A DNA stretch of 64,000 nt from the human T2T-CHM13v2.0 reference genome, Homo sapiens (GCF_009914755.1 NC_060947.1); one strand, 5' to 3'; positions 1-14,421 are shown, counted from the stretch's first letter. Notes: a model not told the origin generated them from the letters alone. Program-made: numbers and translations.

Positions 1-365
1 GGGTGTGGTTGTTAGTGGAGGCTGTGGCGAACTTTTTCTGAAGAGTAGGATACCAAATGAGCAAGTCTTTGAGCCCCAGTGTTGGCAGGAGTGAGTCATG
101 AATGCCTGTTTTGGGCTCCAGTGTGGCATACACTGGCACCATGATAGTGGGTCTAAAAAGGCTGATTCTTGGGCCTCCACGTGGCTTGCTTAGATGCTAG
201 GACTAGAATCAGTGGGCTGGGTGGGTGGGTAATTCAGTTCTTTAGTCCCTAGGCAGTGGTCATTGCACGGTCTGGTCTATTCGAGGGGTGATTATCTACC
301 CACTATTTTGGTTCCTCTCCATGAAAGAGACAAGTACCAGATGCGTCCAGTCAGCCATCTTGAAG
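1..365 (-). mobile_element. Old L1 5' UTR region (continues off the window start)
   Basis: CAGCCATCTTG at 352-362 is the reverse complement of the L1 5'-end YY1 motif CAAGATGGC. The adjacent sequence is GT-rich, as in antisense L1M 5' UTRs. Confidence 0.6.
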
Positions 366-927
366 CCTTTCAAGAAATTACTTTTAAAGGACTTTGTGTT
401 TGGACTCATACTTGTTAAAGGTCAAAAGAGATCAACAAACAAATAAAAAAAGATTCAAACAATCATAGACATTTAACTGCAAATACATCGAAAGGGAGGA
501 GTGCCTAGGTCAGTTCATTAACTTCCTGCAACAGCTCTCTCAAGTTATTCCCTAAAAAATCACTTAGACTAGTGAAAAAAAAATCTGAAAGACCTTATTA
601 TCTCTAATCTGGTATCCACAAGCAGTAATTTTCAAATAATTAGAGCTTTTTGTATAAATTCTTATAATCTTCTGCTCATTAATGGGCATGGAAATGAGGA
701 GAGAAAGGCAATTTTATTCCCCACCCCACCATATTCTCTCTTTAGAGCTTTCCATATGGAAGATATTTTACTAGTCTCTGGAATCAGGCATCCAGCTCCT
801 AGATAATTGGGAAAATTAGGTATTGAGTATTTTTCTTGATAATGAGTAGAAAGATTAGAGATCCATCTGCATGTTGCTAATTCAGAGTAACAAAGGCACA
901 ATCTTTGTTAAGATGTCAACACTCCAC

Positions 928-1390
928 TTTTTAATTTTTTTAATTTAATTTTTCATTTGTAATTTTTATGGGTACATAGTAGGCATATATATTTATGAGT
1001 ACATGAGATGTTTTCATACAGACATGCAATGTGAAATAAGCACATGATGGAATATGAGATATCCATCCCCTCAATCATTTATCTTTTGCATTAAAAACAA
1101 TCCAATTAAATTCTTTATTTTAAAATGTACAATTGCATTATTATTGACTATAGTCACCCTGTTGTGCTATCAAATAGTAGGTCTTATTCCTTCTATTTTT
1201 TGTACGCATTAACCATCCCCACATCACCCCCAATACCCCCTACCATTCCCAGCTTCTGGTAACCATTATTTCACTCTCTATGTACATGAGCACAGTTGTT
1301 TTTGATTTTTAGATTCCACAAATAAGTGAGAACATGTGACGTTGCTTTCTGTGCCTGGCTTATTTCACTTAACATAATGATCTCCAAATC
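928..1390 (-). mobile_element. L1MA 3' end fragment
   Basis: A T-rich tail followed by gggtacatagtaggcatatatatttatg...ataagtgagaacatg...gcctggcttatttcacttaacataatg, typical of L1MA 3' UTR. Confidence 0.85.
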
Positions 1391-1444
1391 TTGATGATGC
1401 CTGAAAGCTAATGTATTTCACCCCTAGCATATCATACTTTAAAA

Positions 1445-2190
<746 letters not shown>

Positions 2191-2489
2191 ATGGAAAAGA
2201 GAAGATTAGAAAGACATACACCAAAATGCTAACAGTAAATATCTCTGGTTGCTGTGACCATGGATATTCAGAAACTTTTTTGACCTGTTCTTATGTATTC
2301 CAACCTAATAATAATGTTCAGGTCTTGTTATTTAAATCAGAATAAAATATTACAGCTTAAAAATGAATTGAATCTAAATGATCATTCTAATTTTAGATAT
2401 AAAGTAATAAATATTATAACAAATTTGGGTATAACTACCACAATGTATCCATACAACATCATCCAAGAATAAGATTATATATATGAATT

Positions 2490-4262
2490 TTCTTTTCCTG
2501 TTTTTACATTTCAACATTTATTATAGGTTAAAGGGTACATGTGCAGGTTTGTTACATGGGTAAATTGCGTGGTGCTGAGACCTGGGTTCCCAATGATCGC
2601 ATCACCTAGTCAGTAAACACGGTACTGAACAAGTGATCCTTCAGCCCATTCCTTCCTCCCTTCCTTTCCCATCTAGTAGTTCCTAGTGTCTGTTGTTCCC
2701 ATATTTATATTCATGTGCATGCAGTGTTTGGCTCCAACTTATAAGTGTTAACATCGAGTATTTATTTTTTTGTTCTTGCATTAGATCACTTAGGATAATT
2801 GCTCCCAGCTCTATCCATGTTGTTGCAAAGGACATAATTTTATTCTTTTTTTATGGCTGGATAGTATCCCACGGTGTGTGTGTACCACATTTTCTTTATC
2901 CAGTTGACTGTTGATGGGCACATAGATTGATTACATGTCTCTGCTCTTGTGAATAGTGCTGCAATGAACAAATGGGTGCATGTGCCTTTTTGATAGAAAG
3001 AGTTATTTTTCTCTGGGTATATACCCAGCAGTGAGATTACTGGTTCAAATGGTAGTTCTATTTTTAGTTCTTTGTGAAATCTCCAAATTGCCTTCCACAG
3101 TGGCTGAACTAATTTGCATTCCCACCAACAGTATATAAGCTTTTCCTTTTATCTACAGCCTCACAAACATATGTTGTTTTTCTACTGTTTAGTAACCACT
3201 GTTCTTACTGGTAAGATTATATCCCATTGTGGGTTTGATTTGCATTTTTCCTCATGATAAGTGATGTTGAGCATTTTTTTCATATTTGTTGGATACTTGT
3301 ATGTCTTCTTTTGAGAAGTGTCTGTTCATGTCCTTTTCCCATTTTTAAGTGGATTTTTTTTGTTTGTTTTTGGCTTGTTGATTTGTTTAAGTTCCTTGTA
3401 ATTGTGGACCTTTGTCAGATGCATGGTTTGTGAATATTTTTCCCCTTCTGTAGGTTGTCTGTTTACTCCATTGGTAATTTATTTTGCTGGGCATAAGTTC
3501 TTTAATTTAATTAGGTGCCACTTGTCAATTTTTGTTTATGTTGCAATTGCTTTGGGGGAACTTAGCCATAAATTTTTTGCCAAATGAAGCCTAGTTTAGG
3601 AAGAGTATTTCCTGGGTTTTCTTGTAGGATTTTCATATTTTGAGGATTTAACACTTACATTTTTAATCCATATTGTGTTAACTTTTATATATGGTGAAAA
3701 GTAGGGGTCCAATTTCATTCTTCCACATATGGCTAGCCAGTTACCCCAGCACCATTTATTGAATAGGGAGTATTTTTCCTATTGCTTGCTTTTGTCAATT
3801 TTGTTGAAGATCAGATGTTTGGAGACGTGAAGCATTATTTCTGGGTTATCTATTCTGTTCCATTGGTCTATATGTATATTTTGTGCCAATACCATGGTGT
3901 TTTGCTTAGTGTAGCCTTAGAGTATAGTTTAAAGTCAGGTAATGTGATGCCTCTGGTTTTTTTTGTTGTTGTTTTTTGTTTTTTTTTTTTTTTTTTTTTT
4001 TTGCTTAGGAATGCTTTGTCTATTTGGGCTTTTTTTGGTTCCAAATGAATGCATTTCTCTTATTCTGTTAAAAATGGCATTTTTTTTTATACCACAGTGT
4101 TGAATCCGTAAATTGCTTTGAGCAGTATAGTCATTTTAACTATATTGATACTTCCAATCCATGAGCATGGAATATTTTTCTACTTATTTGGATTGTCTTT
4201 GATTTCTTTCAGCAGTGTTTCATAATTCTCCTTGTAGAGATATTTTACCTCCTTGGTTAGAG
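2490..4262 (-). mobile_element. L1PB/old L1PA 3' portion (~1.8 kb)
   Basis: gggtacatgtgcaggtttgttacatgggt 3' UTR followed by continuous antisense ORF2 sequence (cttccaatccatgagcatggaat). Confidence 0.92.
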
Positions 4263-4589
4263 TACACCATTCTTGAAACTTATTTCTTCCCTCTATGACT
4301 TGGACCAATCCTAATTTTCCCCCTTATTTTCTGACTATTCTTTTTATGTATTTCATCAGTAAGCTTCTCTCCTTTCTTCTCCAAGCCAAGATGTACCCAG
4401 AACTCTTTCATCAGAACTGTTGTAAGTACTTTCTTTCTTGGAAATTCTGCCCATGCCCACGCCTTTAACTTTCTGATTTCAGTAGATGACTCCTAAATCT
4501 AATCATTCCTCTGTTAAAAGTTCGTAAATCGTTCCTAATTGTATTCTGAAATAAATATTTTTATGACCCTGGCATTCAAATTATTAAAA

Positions 4590-4798
4590 TAGTAGTGTGC
4601 TGTGTTTGTTAACTGGCTCTCCCAACCCAAATAAATACAAAACCCTGATTTGCAGCATTTGCTGAATTCGATGATGTAAGTTTTCCCACCATGGCCAAAT
4701 TCAAGCTAACAGCGTGATGTCAGTGAATGCAGACATGGGAAGAGATGCTAATAGTAAGCTCTTGCAAGGAGGTGTGAACCAGTTCCAACACATTACTG
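4590..4798. mobile_element. MER63-like hAT DNA transposon
   Basis: Terminal inverted repeats tagtagtgtgctg / ccaacacattactg and internal ccctgatttgcagcatttgc...cccaccatggcc. Confidence 0.7.
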
Positions 4799-6190
4799 CT
4801 TTAACCACATCTTCAAATTCTCTCTCTAGCCTTGTCTTTTCTTCCTACACCAAACTAGATTAAAAATTGTTTGCTGAATGTGCACCACATTTATGTTTGA
4901 TACATTGCCATTTCATTCTTGCTATTGACTAAGTTTGAAAAAGTCTTACCCTCAAACCTTATTTATTGAAATCCCAATCAGGCTTTCAAGGCCCAATTAC
5001 TGGAATATTTTACCAGTATTCATATTTTCTCCATGTTATATTCCTCTGTGAGTTGTTCTTACTAATTTCAAACTTCCCTAGTTTTTCCCGCCAACAAGAT
5101 TCTAAACATCTTGAGTCCAGGATTTTTTTTTCTTTTTCCTAGTGGCATTCACAGAGTCTTACTTATATCCTTAATACCCACAGTTGAAAGAAATGGATAG
5201 CTGATGAGCAAATCAGCCTCTCATTTGCAGCTGTTCAATATGGTTTGATATATTCTAGTGATACATTTAAATTTTCTTTTGCCCCGTTTTGTAAAATAGC
5301 AGAAACAAGTTTTTATGAAATTGTCATTCATGTCCTAAATAATCAGTTGTCTAATCTTTTGTATACCTGACCTATATCCAATGATTCACGGCAGTGAACA
5401 GTTATCTTTAATAATTTAACATTAGGGATTTAATTGACCATAGAATTTTGCTATTATGGGGAAATCAATATCACTGAGGCTTGAACTTTTGTGCTTTATC
5501 TATTCATGGGCTTCATAAGGTGTAAACAGGGGATTAACTCGTTGGCTAGAACCTCTGAAGCAGTATTTGTTTCCTATACTACTGTTAATTTGTATTTTAC
5601 TTATGGCATTATTTAAACATATGTTCCTCTCTTTCCTTCCTAGTTTGAGCATAATATCACAGAGAAAGAAATGTCCCCAATATCAAATGATATTTGCATT
5701 TTCCCTAGAAAGCATCAAGGAAGGAGGGTACCTACCAGAAATGCAGGTTGGTAGGTGGTCTGAGAATGTATTTGCATAATTAATTAGTGTGTATGCTTTT
5801 AGACATTTCTACTCAGGTACTATTAACCAAATTATAGAGTGACACGCTGATGTCAACACTTAATTTAGACCTTTTCTGTTATTTGCCACTGTGTATATTC
5901 TCTTTGGCAAATTTATATCTCAGCATATCTCAGTTGGTCTAGGCTACCCTTCATTATACTGGATGAATTAGGCAATAAACAAATACACAAAAAATGCTTC
6001 ATTGGTGAATTCCATTCAAAGAACTAGGTGAGAAAATTGGAGAAGAGAAAGGTTATTGGAATTTGACCACTTTGACACTGCTAATAAGCACAACACCAGA
6101 ATTTGAACCCAAGTGTTCCAAGTTCTTTCCCCTCTACCACACTGCCTGACCATCTTCATAAAGTATGTTACAGACAATAAGTCTGATGGG

Positions 6191-6247
6191 GTTTTGTTTG
6201 TTTGTTTGTTTGTTGTTTGTTTTTTGTTTGTTTGTTTGTTTGTTTTT
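6191..6247. repeat. (GTTT)n microsatellite
   Basis: Directly visible tandem gttt units. Confidence 0.9.
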
Positions 6248-6915
6248 ACTAAAAAAATGGTTCATTCGCTGGTGGCTTGTAGATGAAATGCCAGGAAAAG
6301 TCAGGAGATACAGCTATAGAGAGTTAGTAAGATTCTAACTTGAGTGTTAGCAAGTTCAGGGTAAAGGTTTAATAATATATCTCACAGGTCTTAGAGTACT
6401 GTGCTCAAAGCACTGTTTTTGGAAGGTATATCTGTTGGTCATTTGCAGGATAGATTAGAAGAGGAAAAAACTAAAGCTGTGTTTTCTGTGAAAATTGGGA
6501 TTTGGGGCAAGTTCATGTTTAAGCAAAGTAATTACAATTGAAAATCCTCTTAAAAATAGTATCATATAATTCACAATCAAAAGAATTTACTGTTTTGGAT
6601 TATTCCCTGTATTGGATTTTCTTTTCTTTGGTATTTTCCCTTTGTGTGGATAATTAAGAATCGGCTTTATAATATATCACAATGAATATTTTCCCTGTAG
6701 GTTAGCATATACAATTCTATTTCTAAGTTACAGATCATATGCAGATTCGAACCAAAGTTAACTATGAATTATCTCATCATGTTTAATAATTCGAAAGCGA
6801 TTCATGGATTTTTTTGTAGGGCCACTTACACTTATTATCATTGTAATGGTAAAGAGAAAGATTGGGTGTTCAGCAGAATTTCATTATTATTAATGTCAGT
6901 GTCCCAAAGTAATTA

Positions 6916-7824
6916 TATTTATTTATTTATTAGCTTTTATTTTAGATTTGGGAAGCATGTGCAGGTTTCTTAAAAGGGTATGTTGCATGTTCCTGTGGTT
7001 TGGCCTTTATTGGTCCTGTTACCCAAATAGTGAACATAAAACCCAACAGAAAACTTTTGGTCCTCACCTCCTCTATACTTCCCCTGTTTTGGAGTCCATA
7101 GTGTCTATGGTTTTCATCTTTATGTCTGTATGTATTCAAAGTTTAGCTCACTAAACTCTCACTTGTAAGTGAGAACACGCAATATTTGGTTTTCTGTTTC
7201 TGTGTTAATTCGCTTAATCCACCAGCACATCAAAAAGTTAATTTGCCATGATAAAGTGTGCTTTATTCCTGGGATGCAAGGTTGATTCAACTATGCAAAT
7301 CAATAATTTGATTCACTATATGAACAGAATTAAAAACAAAAAAAAAGATCATCTCAATATATGCAGAAAAAGAATTAGATAAAATCCAACGTACCTTCAT
7401 TATAAAAATGCTCAACAAATTAGGCATCAAAGGGACATATCTCAAAAAAATAAGAGCCATCTATGACAAATTCACCAACAAAATAGATATCTAGGAATAC
7501 ATTAACCAACAAGGTAGAAGATCTCTGCAAGGAAAACTACAAAACACTGCTGAGAGAAATCGTGGATGACACAAGTAAACGGAAAAGCATTCCATGCTCA
7601 TGGATTGAAAGAATATAGAATATGGTTAAAATTCCCATACTACCTAAAGCAATCTACACATCCTGTGCAATCTCTATCAAACTACCACTGTCATTTTGTG
7701 CAGAATTAGAAAAAGCTATTCTAAAATTCACATGGAACTAAAAGAGAGCCCAAATAACCAAAGCAATTTTAAACAAAAAGAAAGTTGGAGGTACCACATT
7801 ATCATTTTTCAAACTGTACTACAA
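6916..7824. mobile_element. 5'-inverted L1 (3' end on - strand 6916-7216; ORF2 piece on + strand 7216-7824)
   Basis: Antisense L1 3' UTR joins directly to sense ORF2 sequence (cagcacatcaaaaag...ctttattcctgggatgcaagg). Confidence 0.85.
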
Positions 7825-8158
7825 CTAATTTTTAGAAAAGTGCTGGGGTATGTATAGGACTAGCTCATCTGAGATGACTTAGAACATTATAATATTACTT
7901 TATACTTTTTTTAAATTCTAGGTGCATGTATCTGTAGTCATATAGACATATAGTCATATAATCATCTAGGAATCAAAGACATAAACCTTTTTATATTCTT
8001 CGCAATGTCAGAGTAGGTTGGGATAAAGTTATTTCACCTTAAAAGTCACGTTTATTATTTTAATGACAAAATGCTGTTACTGGTTTTGAAACCTTAAATG
8101 ATAACAGAAGCTTTGTGAGATTTCTCTGGTGTATCAATGGTACAAAAGTGCAATTATA

Positions 8159-8325
8159 GGCCAGGCGTGGTGGCTCACACCTGTAATCCCAGCACTTTGG
8201 GAGGCTGAGGCGGGAGGATTGTCTGAGCCCAGGAGTTCGCAACCAGACTGGGCAACATGGCAAGACCCCTTCTCTATAAAAAAAAAAAATAAAAAATAAA
8301 AAAGATAAGAAAAAAAAGCAAAAAG
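8159..8325 (+). mobile_element. Free left Alu monomer (FLAM-like) with poly(A) tail
   Basis: A single monomer ggccaggcgtggtggctcac..., an A-tail, and TSD aaaagtgcaatta(t/c)a at 8144-8158 and 8326-8340. Confidence 0.9.
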
Positions 8326-10264
8326 AAAAGTGCAATTACAATGGCCCTTTAGACTGTCCTCATTTTATATGGAGAATACAGAGTGAAGTCACCAGAAATT
8401 TTAAAGCGCACAAAGACATTCATCAATGATGTAATAAGAGCCACTCACTTTTTTTTTCATTCAAGCACTAATATACCACATATTCATGTAGGTGGGCTAT
8501 ATTTCTACAGCAAAATTATTGTGATGAGTTATACTTGGCTCTAAAAAACCTGTGGAGTCCAAGATAGCATCCTAATTTCAATGTGTTGAAGGATACTTAA
8601 GTGCTAGACACCTTAGTTCAGAACATATTTTGAGGAATCATGGAGAGCTCTTGGCTGATTTTGACTTGAGGTAGTTGTCAGCAATTTATTTGACTTCCCT
8701 CTGGTTTCTCCATGTCAGATTAGCTCATCTTTCCTAGTCAACTGAAAACATAAAACAAAATACTGCCTTTCCTCCTTGCCCAACTGTCACCTCCAAATTT
8801 TACATAAAAGATGCATTTATAAATCTATCAATTCCTTTACTCAGAGATAGCCAGAGTATGTTTCTCACCTGACAGTTTCTATCATCATTATTTGGTAAAG
8901 TGACAAGGTTGAACTTTCAAATATATTTACATTCCTTATTTTTCCGGGGAAAATATCACACTTTGGGCAAATTTTATCTATAACCAAATAATTAATTCAA
9001 CATTATTTAGTTCTAACATGTTGTGAGGCCTTTGTATATAACAAGCACAGTTAAGATACAGAACATTCCTTGAGGACTATGTTCTTATTTTCAGTTAATG
9101 TGGTGACACCTAATACAGTGTCATATGCCCCAATGGTACTTACAAAATGCTATTAAGAAAAGGAATTTATTGAAGCATTCAGTGCCTCCTTCCCAGGAAA
9201 AAGATAATATATCACATAAATGTGTGTTTACATCCCATATTTTGTCTACTTTACTTTTGTGGTAGATTTGGGGGGTTTTGGTGACGTTTACCAGGGCATA
9301 GTTTTGAAATTGTAAACAAAAATATTCATATCCTTTTCATATGAGTATCACAGAAATCTCACATGGTTTGCTTAAAAGCGAGGCTTGTGCTGACATAATA
9401 TCCAGGAGTTAGTCTTAGCTCTGCCTATAAGTCAGTTTGCTGATGAGGATACAGAAGTTATTTTTCCACTGCATTTATTTTCTGAGTTTCCTCACTTATT
9501 AAATTGATTATTGATGCCTTTCATTTGCCATTGTTCTAAAGTGAGAATGAAAATGATACTCCATGTTTAACTGCATTACTTCTTACTGCTAAAAAAATGT
9601 AAAATATATAAATAGACACTAAAAAGGCTTCTTGCATTTCATTAAATTTCAAATTGAAAGAAATGTTTCAAAGATATTTGAATAAGAGTTAGCAATTATG
9701 GTTTCCATGGGAAAGGGTGATACTAAAGTTTCTACCATTTTGTTTGCTTTGAAAGATGAGTTTGAAGTTAATACTGATGCTAAAGTATGAAAGTGTTTAA
9801 GTGGGAAGATAATGTTAACTCACCAGTATCATTGCTTTGATCTTTGTTTAATGTCTCACAAAACTAGATTGCTATTTGATTGACAACCTTGTCAAAGAGT
9901 GAATGAAGACTGACACCATAATATTGAAAATGCAGCGTTCACAAAACTTGAAACCCAAGTTTTCTCATGACGCTGCTTCTTTTGTGGAAGGCTGCATTTT
10001 ACATTGTTTTTAAATAAGCGTGTACCCTGCTAGAATACAAGTAAATGTCATGTTTTTTATCTCTCGGTTTCCTGAATTCCATTCACCTCCTTATACACAT
10101 AGCTTAGGTATGTCCCTATTAGCAAACATTATTGAGAGTTTTTACTTCAAGGAAAACTCAAAAACCAAAGCCTCATCATTCCAGTGTCTGTTCTTTTTCA
10201 GAAGATAACTCTGTTTGTGAAATGTTGGTATATCAGTTCAGCGTACTACAAGCTAGGGATTATG

Positions 10265-10500
10265 CTGTGTAGTTAAGTTGCTAACAGTGCAGAATCTAGA
10301 GTGAGACAGAACTGGATTCAATTCTGAGCCTTGCTGTGAATTTGGGCAAGCATCTTTTAACTTTCAATGCCTGTTTCCTTAGCTAGAAAATGTGGGAATG
10401 ATAGTACCTGTTTTATGATGTTGGTATGAGGAATAAAGGAGATAATTAATGTTAAATGCTTAGCACAGGACTTGGCACCTTTATAACTATTACTATTATT
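10265..10500 (+). mobile_element. MIR
   Basis: ctggattcaattctgagcc...ttgggcaagc...tttccttagctagaaaatg...aatgcttagcacagg. Confidence 0.7.
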
Positions 10501-12200
10501 ATTGTGCTTAGTATAATATTATGCTTACCAAAACCAACAAAGAATACTTGGAGACTGAATTAGTAGAACAAATAACTATTTGTCTTAGAACATTTAACTG
10601 TCCCAATAGCAAGAAGCTTGAAGTCAGTTCCAGTTCCAACTACTCCTGCTGGGTTTACAAACCTAGTTTATTTTTTATTGCTCCCAATTTTAACCTTATA
10701 GAAGTATTTATACTGTACCAAGTGCAAAGTACTCATTCATCTTCATTATATATAACTAAGAAAACCATGAAAACTTAGAGATTGTGAAATCATTAAAAGT
10801 AACGCATGAGTGTTTTTCCTTTCATCTAGGAATAGTGGAGATAGAATACTGTATTTATCCAGCTTGCAAGTAGGGTAAAAATTTAAAATAAAAGAATGAA
10901 AACAAAGAATATTGTGTTTGGGAAGAGTGAGAAACATAAAGGGAAAATGCATTGTCAGAGTTATTATTCCCTTTTTAATTGCCAGAAATATGACAGGGTA
11001 TATTTCTACTTCCATTGCATAGAACTAGTGTTCCAAAGCGGCTTCCATAGACACACAGTGTGAAATGAAATCTGGGGCTGAATTGCCTCAAGGGAGTCAC
11101 ATCATCATCAGTAAAAGACATTTAGAGAATTCCTAAGCCCCTTGAGGACAGTTTTTTCCTACTATATAAGACAGTCATATTTGTGCTATTATTGTTTTAA
11201 AGAAAACATCCTGTAAGCCCACAGACATGGAGCATTCAATCAGGTGCTTCCGTGGAAGTACCTGAACCACACAGATCTATTTCCTGCTTGCCAAGGGCTT
11301 AAAATCTGACTGAGGAAACTAAAATTTCTTCCACAAATCCAACCTTAAATTATTTGTAACTAAACCGGTGATTTTCCTAACCTAAGGAACCTGATTAAAT
11401 TGTGGTCAGTTCACCTCATTTTAATTTTTTAATCCAGTAGAACCTATTTAATGCTCTGTAAAGAAGGTTCCTGTTTTTACTGGCAACGTAGTAGAATCTG
11501 AAAGAGTTCCTTATCCTGTTTAAGAAGAAATTGTAAATCTTGGCTAAAGACACAAATGCTTAGGGGAGAATACCTAGGTATTAGCTTAGTTTTCATTGCT
11601 TGTATTTCTATGTGGAATTTTGAGAGTAAAATTTAGACATTGGCTTTAGTGCAGCAAAATTAAATTGCTCCTTAAGGAAAAAATTCTGACAGAATGAAGT
11701 GTTGAAGACTATTTTATATATAATGCATATACTTCAAGCTTGGTTTAACACAAATCTGATTTTGGCTAAGTATATTTTATTAGTAAATAATTGTTCATTT
11801 CCTTCAAAGTATTTTTTACTATGGTGATGTGATCATTTTTACAATTTTATAATTTAAATTTATACCTTTAACTTATAAATATCTACAAGGCAATAATGAG
11901 AACAATTCCAAGACCATTATTTTTTTCACTAGTTATGTATTTTGTCTATTGGTTTAGAATTTCAACACATTCACACAGTTACCCATTGGTGGCACTGGGA
12001 AAAGGCAATGAAATGCATTGGACTTCAAATTCGCAATCCATCTTTACCACCACACCACCACCACCACATATCAAAGCCTTTTTGCATCAGCTTTTGTCAT
12101 TTCCTTTTCCCTTTCTGATCATGCCCATTTAACTTTGTGATTCATTCCTAGCTCTAATCATTGTAGAAAATGTCTAAATTAGGCATTTACAAACTAATGA

Positions 12201-12379
12201 TTTCCCTTCTTTTGGGTATGTACCCAGTAGTGGGATTGCTGAATCACATGGTAGCTTTAATTTTCATTTCTTAAGGAACCTCCAAACTCTTCTCCACGGT
12301 GGTTGTACTAATTTACATTCTCACCAACAGTGTACAAAGACTATGTACCCACAAAAATTAAAAATCAAAAATTTAAAAA
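12201..12379. mobile_element. Very short 5'-inverted L1MA insertion
   Basis: An antisense ORF2-end piece followed by the sense 3' terminus (actatgtacccacaaaaatt) and an A-tail. TSD aaactaatga on both sides. Confidence 0.8.
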
Positions 12380-13545
12380 AAACTAATGAAATTCCCTTTT
12401 GAAAACAAATATTCTTCTGGTGTTTCACTTAATAACTCAAGTTTAGAAAAGCTGTTAATTCCCTCCCCTCCAAGAATTATATATGCAAATACAAATAATT
12501 CCTATGTAAACAGTAGCTTAAGTATCTTCATCATATTTGGAGCTCAGAACATTTCCTTTAAAAAGAGAAGTCACAGCCCCCCTTTTAAAACATGAACATT
12601 AGTTTATTGTTTCCTTTCATCTGTTGAAATAATTACTTTTCTTTTTGCCTTCAATAGTTTGTTCTGGTCATTAAGATTTCTGTAAAATTCAGTTTGAAAG
12701 GTGGTTTTAACATTCAGATAGACTGCAGTGCACATTTGGCTATTAAATAGCCAAATCTACTTAAGGCTGAACTAATGTTTAACACTTACAGCTGTTTGAA
12801 GTAGTTCACTGCCAAGTTTAATGGTGCTGCCAAGGGAAATGATCATATTACTTGCTGTTATATTTTGGGGGGTTTGTTATTCTAGTAATAAAGACAATCA
12901 ATGGCATTTCTGAACACAATGGTTCGGATCCTTTACATAGTGCTTTCCCACTACAAGCTGCAAACTATAATTTCAGTGGAAATGGTAAGTGGGAGGCATT
13001 AGCTGTGTTTTATTTCACAAAAGTTCATTGAGAAAAGCAATTATATTCATGACAGGATTTATAATTGTGTGTGCCTGCATGTTTGTATACACACGAATGA
13101 CCATACACTTGTGCGTCAGTGATGAATATAAACTTAGGCAACAGGGCTTTTATTGTATATGGACCTTTCAGAAATCAATCTTATTGTATTATTATCATGT
13201 ACAAAATAGAATAGGGTAAAACATAATCAACAAATGATTATGGTGAATCTTCCATGTATGCGCTGTTCTAGGTGCTACAGGAATGTAAAGAGGTTAAAGA
13301 CAGGGCCCTCACTATAGGGACTTTATAGTGTATTTAGGAACAATAAAGACATCAGAAAAGTGAATGTCACAAAGCATTAAAAGATTACTTTGCAAATGAC
13401 TAGTAAAGGCAATTGATGCTTTAAGAGTAGGCGCAATGGACTGTGTAGTCTCGAAGGGCTTTGTGGAAGAGGTGGGACCTGAGTTAAGTGTTGGAGGAAG
13501 AATATGTTGTGTTTAAATAGAGTGAAGATATGAGGTGTTTTAGTT

Positions 13546-13885
13546 CAGGGGTCCCCAACCTCTGGGCCTTGGACCAGTACAGGTCTGTGGCCTGTTAGGG
13601 TCCAGGCTACACAACAGGAGGGGAGCTACAGACAAGGGAGCATTACTCCTCGAGCCCCACCTCCTGTCAGATCAGAAGCGACATTAGAGTCTCATAGGAG
13701 TGCAAGCCCTATTGTAAACTGCGCATGCGAGGGATCTAGGCTGTGGGCTCCTTACGAGAATCTAACTAATGCCTGATGATCTGAGGTGAAACAGTTTCAT
13801 CCTGAAACTATTTTCCCCCACTGTCAGTGGGAAAATTGTCTTCCATGAAACCAGTCCCTTTTGCCAAAAAGGTTGGGGACTGCTG
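13546..13885. mobile_element. MER1B (hAT-Charlie) DNA transposon
   Basis: caggggtccccaacc...ggttggggactgctg termini, ~340 bp, 8-bp TSD ttttagtt/ttttaggt. It sits in degenerate L2-like sequence. Confidence 0.88.
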
Positions 13886-14084
13886 TTTTAGGTGACATGA
13901 ATAAATGTTCAGAGGCTAATAATGTGCTCAGTTCATACTGTTATTAAGCAGAACAAAACAATAGAAATTTAATACCAATATAAAACTTCTTAAGTACTGT
14001 GTTTCTACCAGGGAAGTGTTGTATTTGCATTTACATTTTGTTCTTATCTACTCTCTCACATCAAAAATGTTTTTTAAAAAATGT

Positions 14085-14330
14085 GACAACAATCAAAATC
14101 TAATAAGATCTTATCTTGGGCCAGGTATGGCTCTAAGGACTTTACAATTATTAACTCATTTAAACTTCAAATACACATTATCAGGTAGATACTATTGTTA
14201 AGTCCATTTTAAAGATGATAAAACTGTGGCATAGAGAGAAGGAATTTGCCCAAGGTCACTCAGTAAGTGGTGGAAACTTAATGTGAACCTAGGCCATCTG
14301 ACTTCAGAGCCTGCCTGCTTAATAACTATA
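14085..14330 (-). mobile_element. MIR
   Basis: ccattttaaagatgataaaactgtggcatagagag...ttgcccaaggtcac...tctgacttcagagcc. Confidence 0.75.
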
Positions 14331-14421
14331 ACATGCTTTTTTCCAGACTATCTGTCATAGGCACTAGATATAGGAGGTAAAGGAAATCACATACTACTTT
14401 CATAAAAACTCCAAAAGAGCA

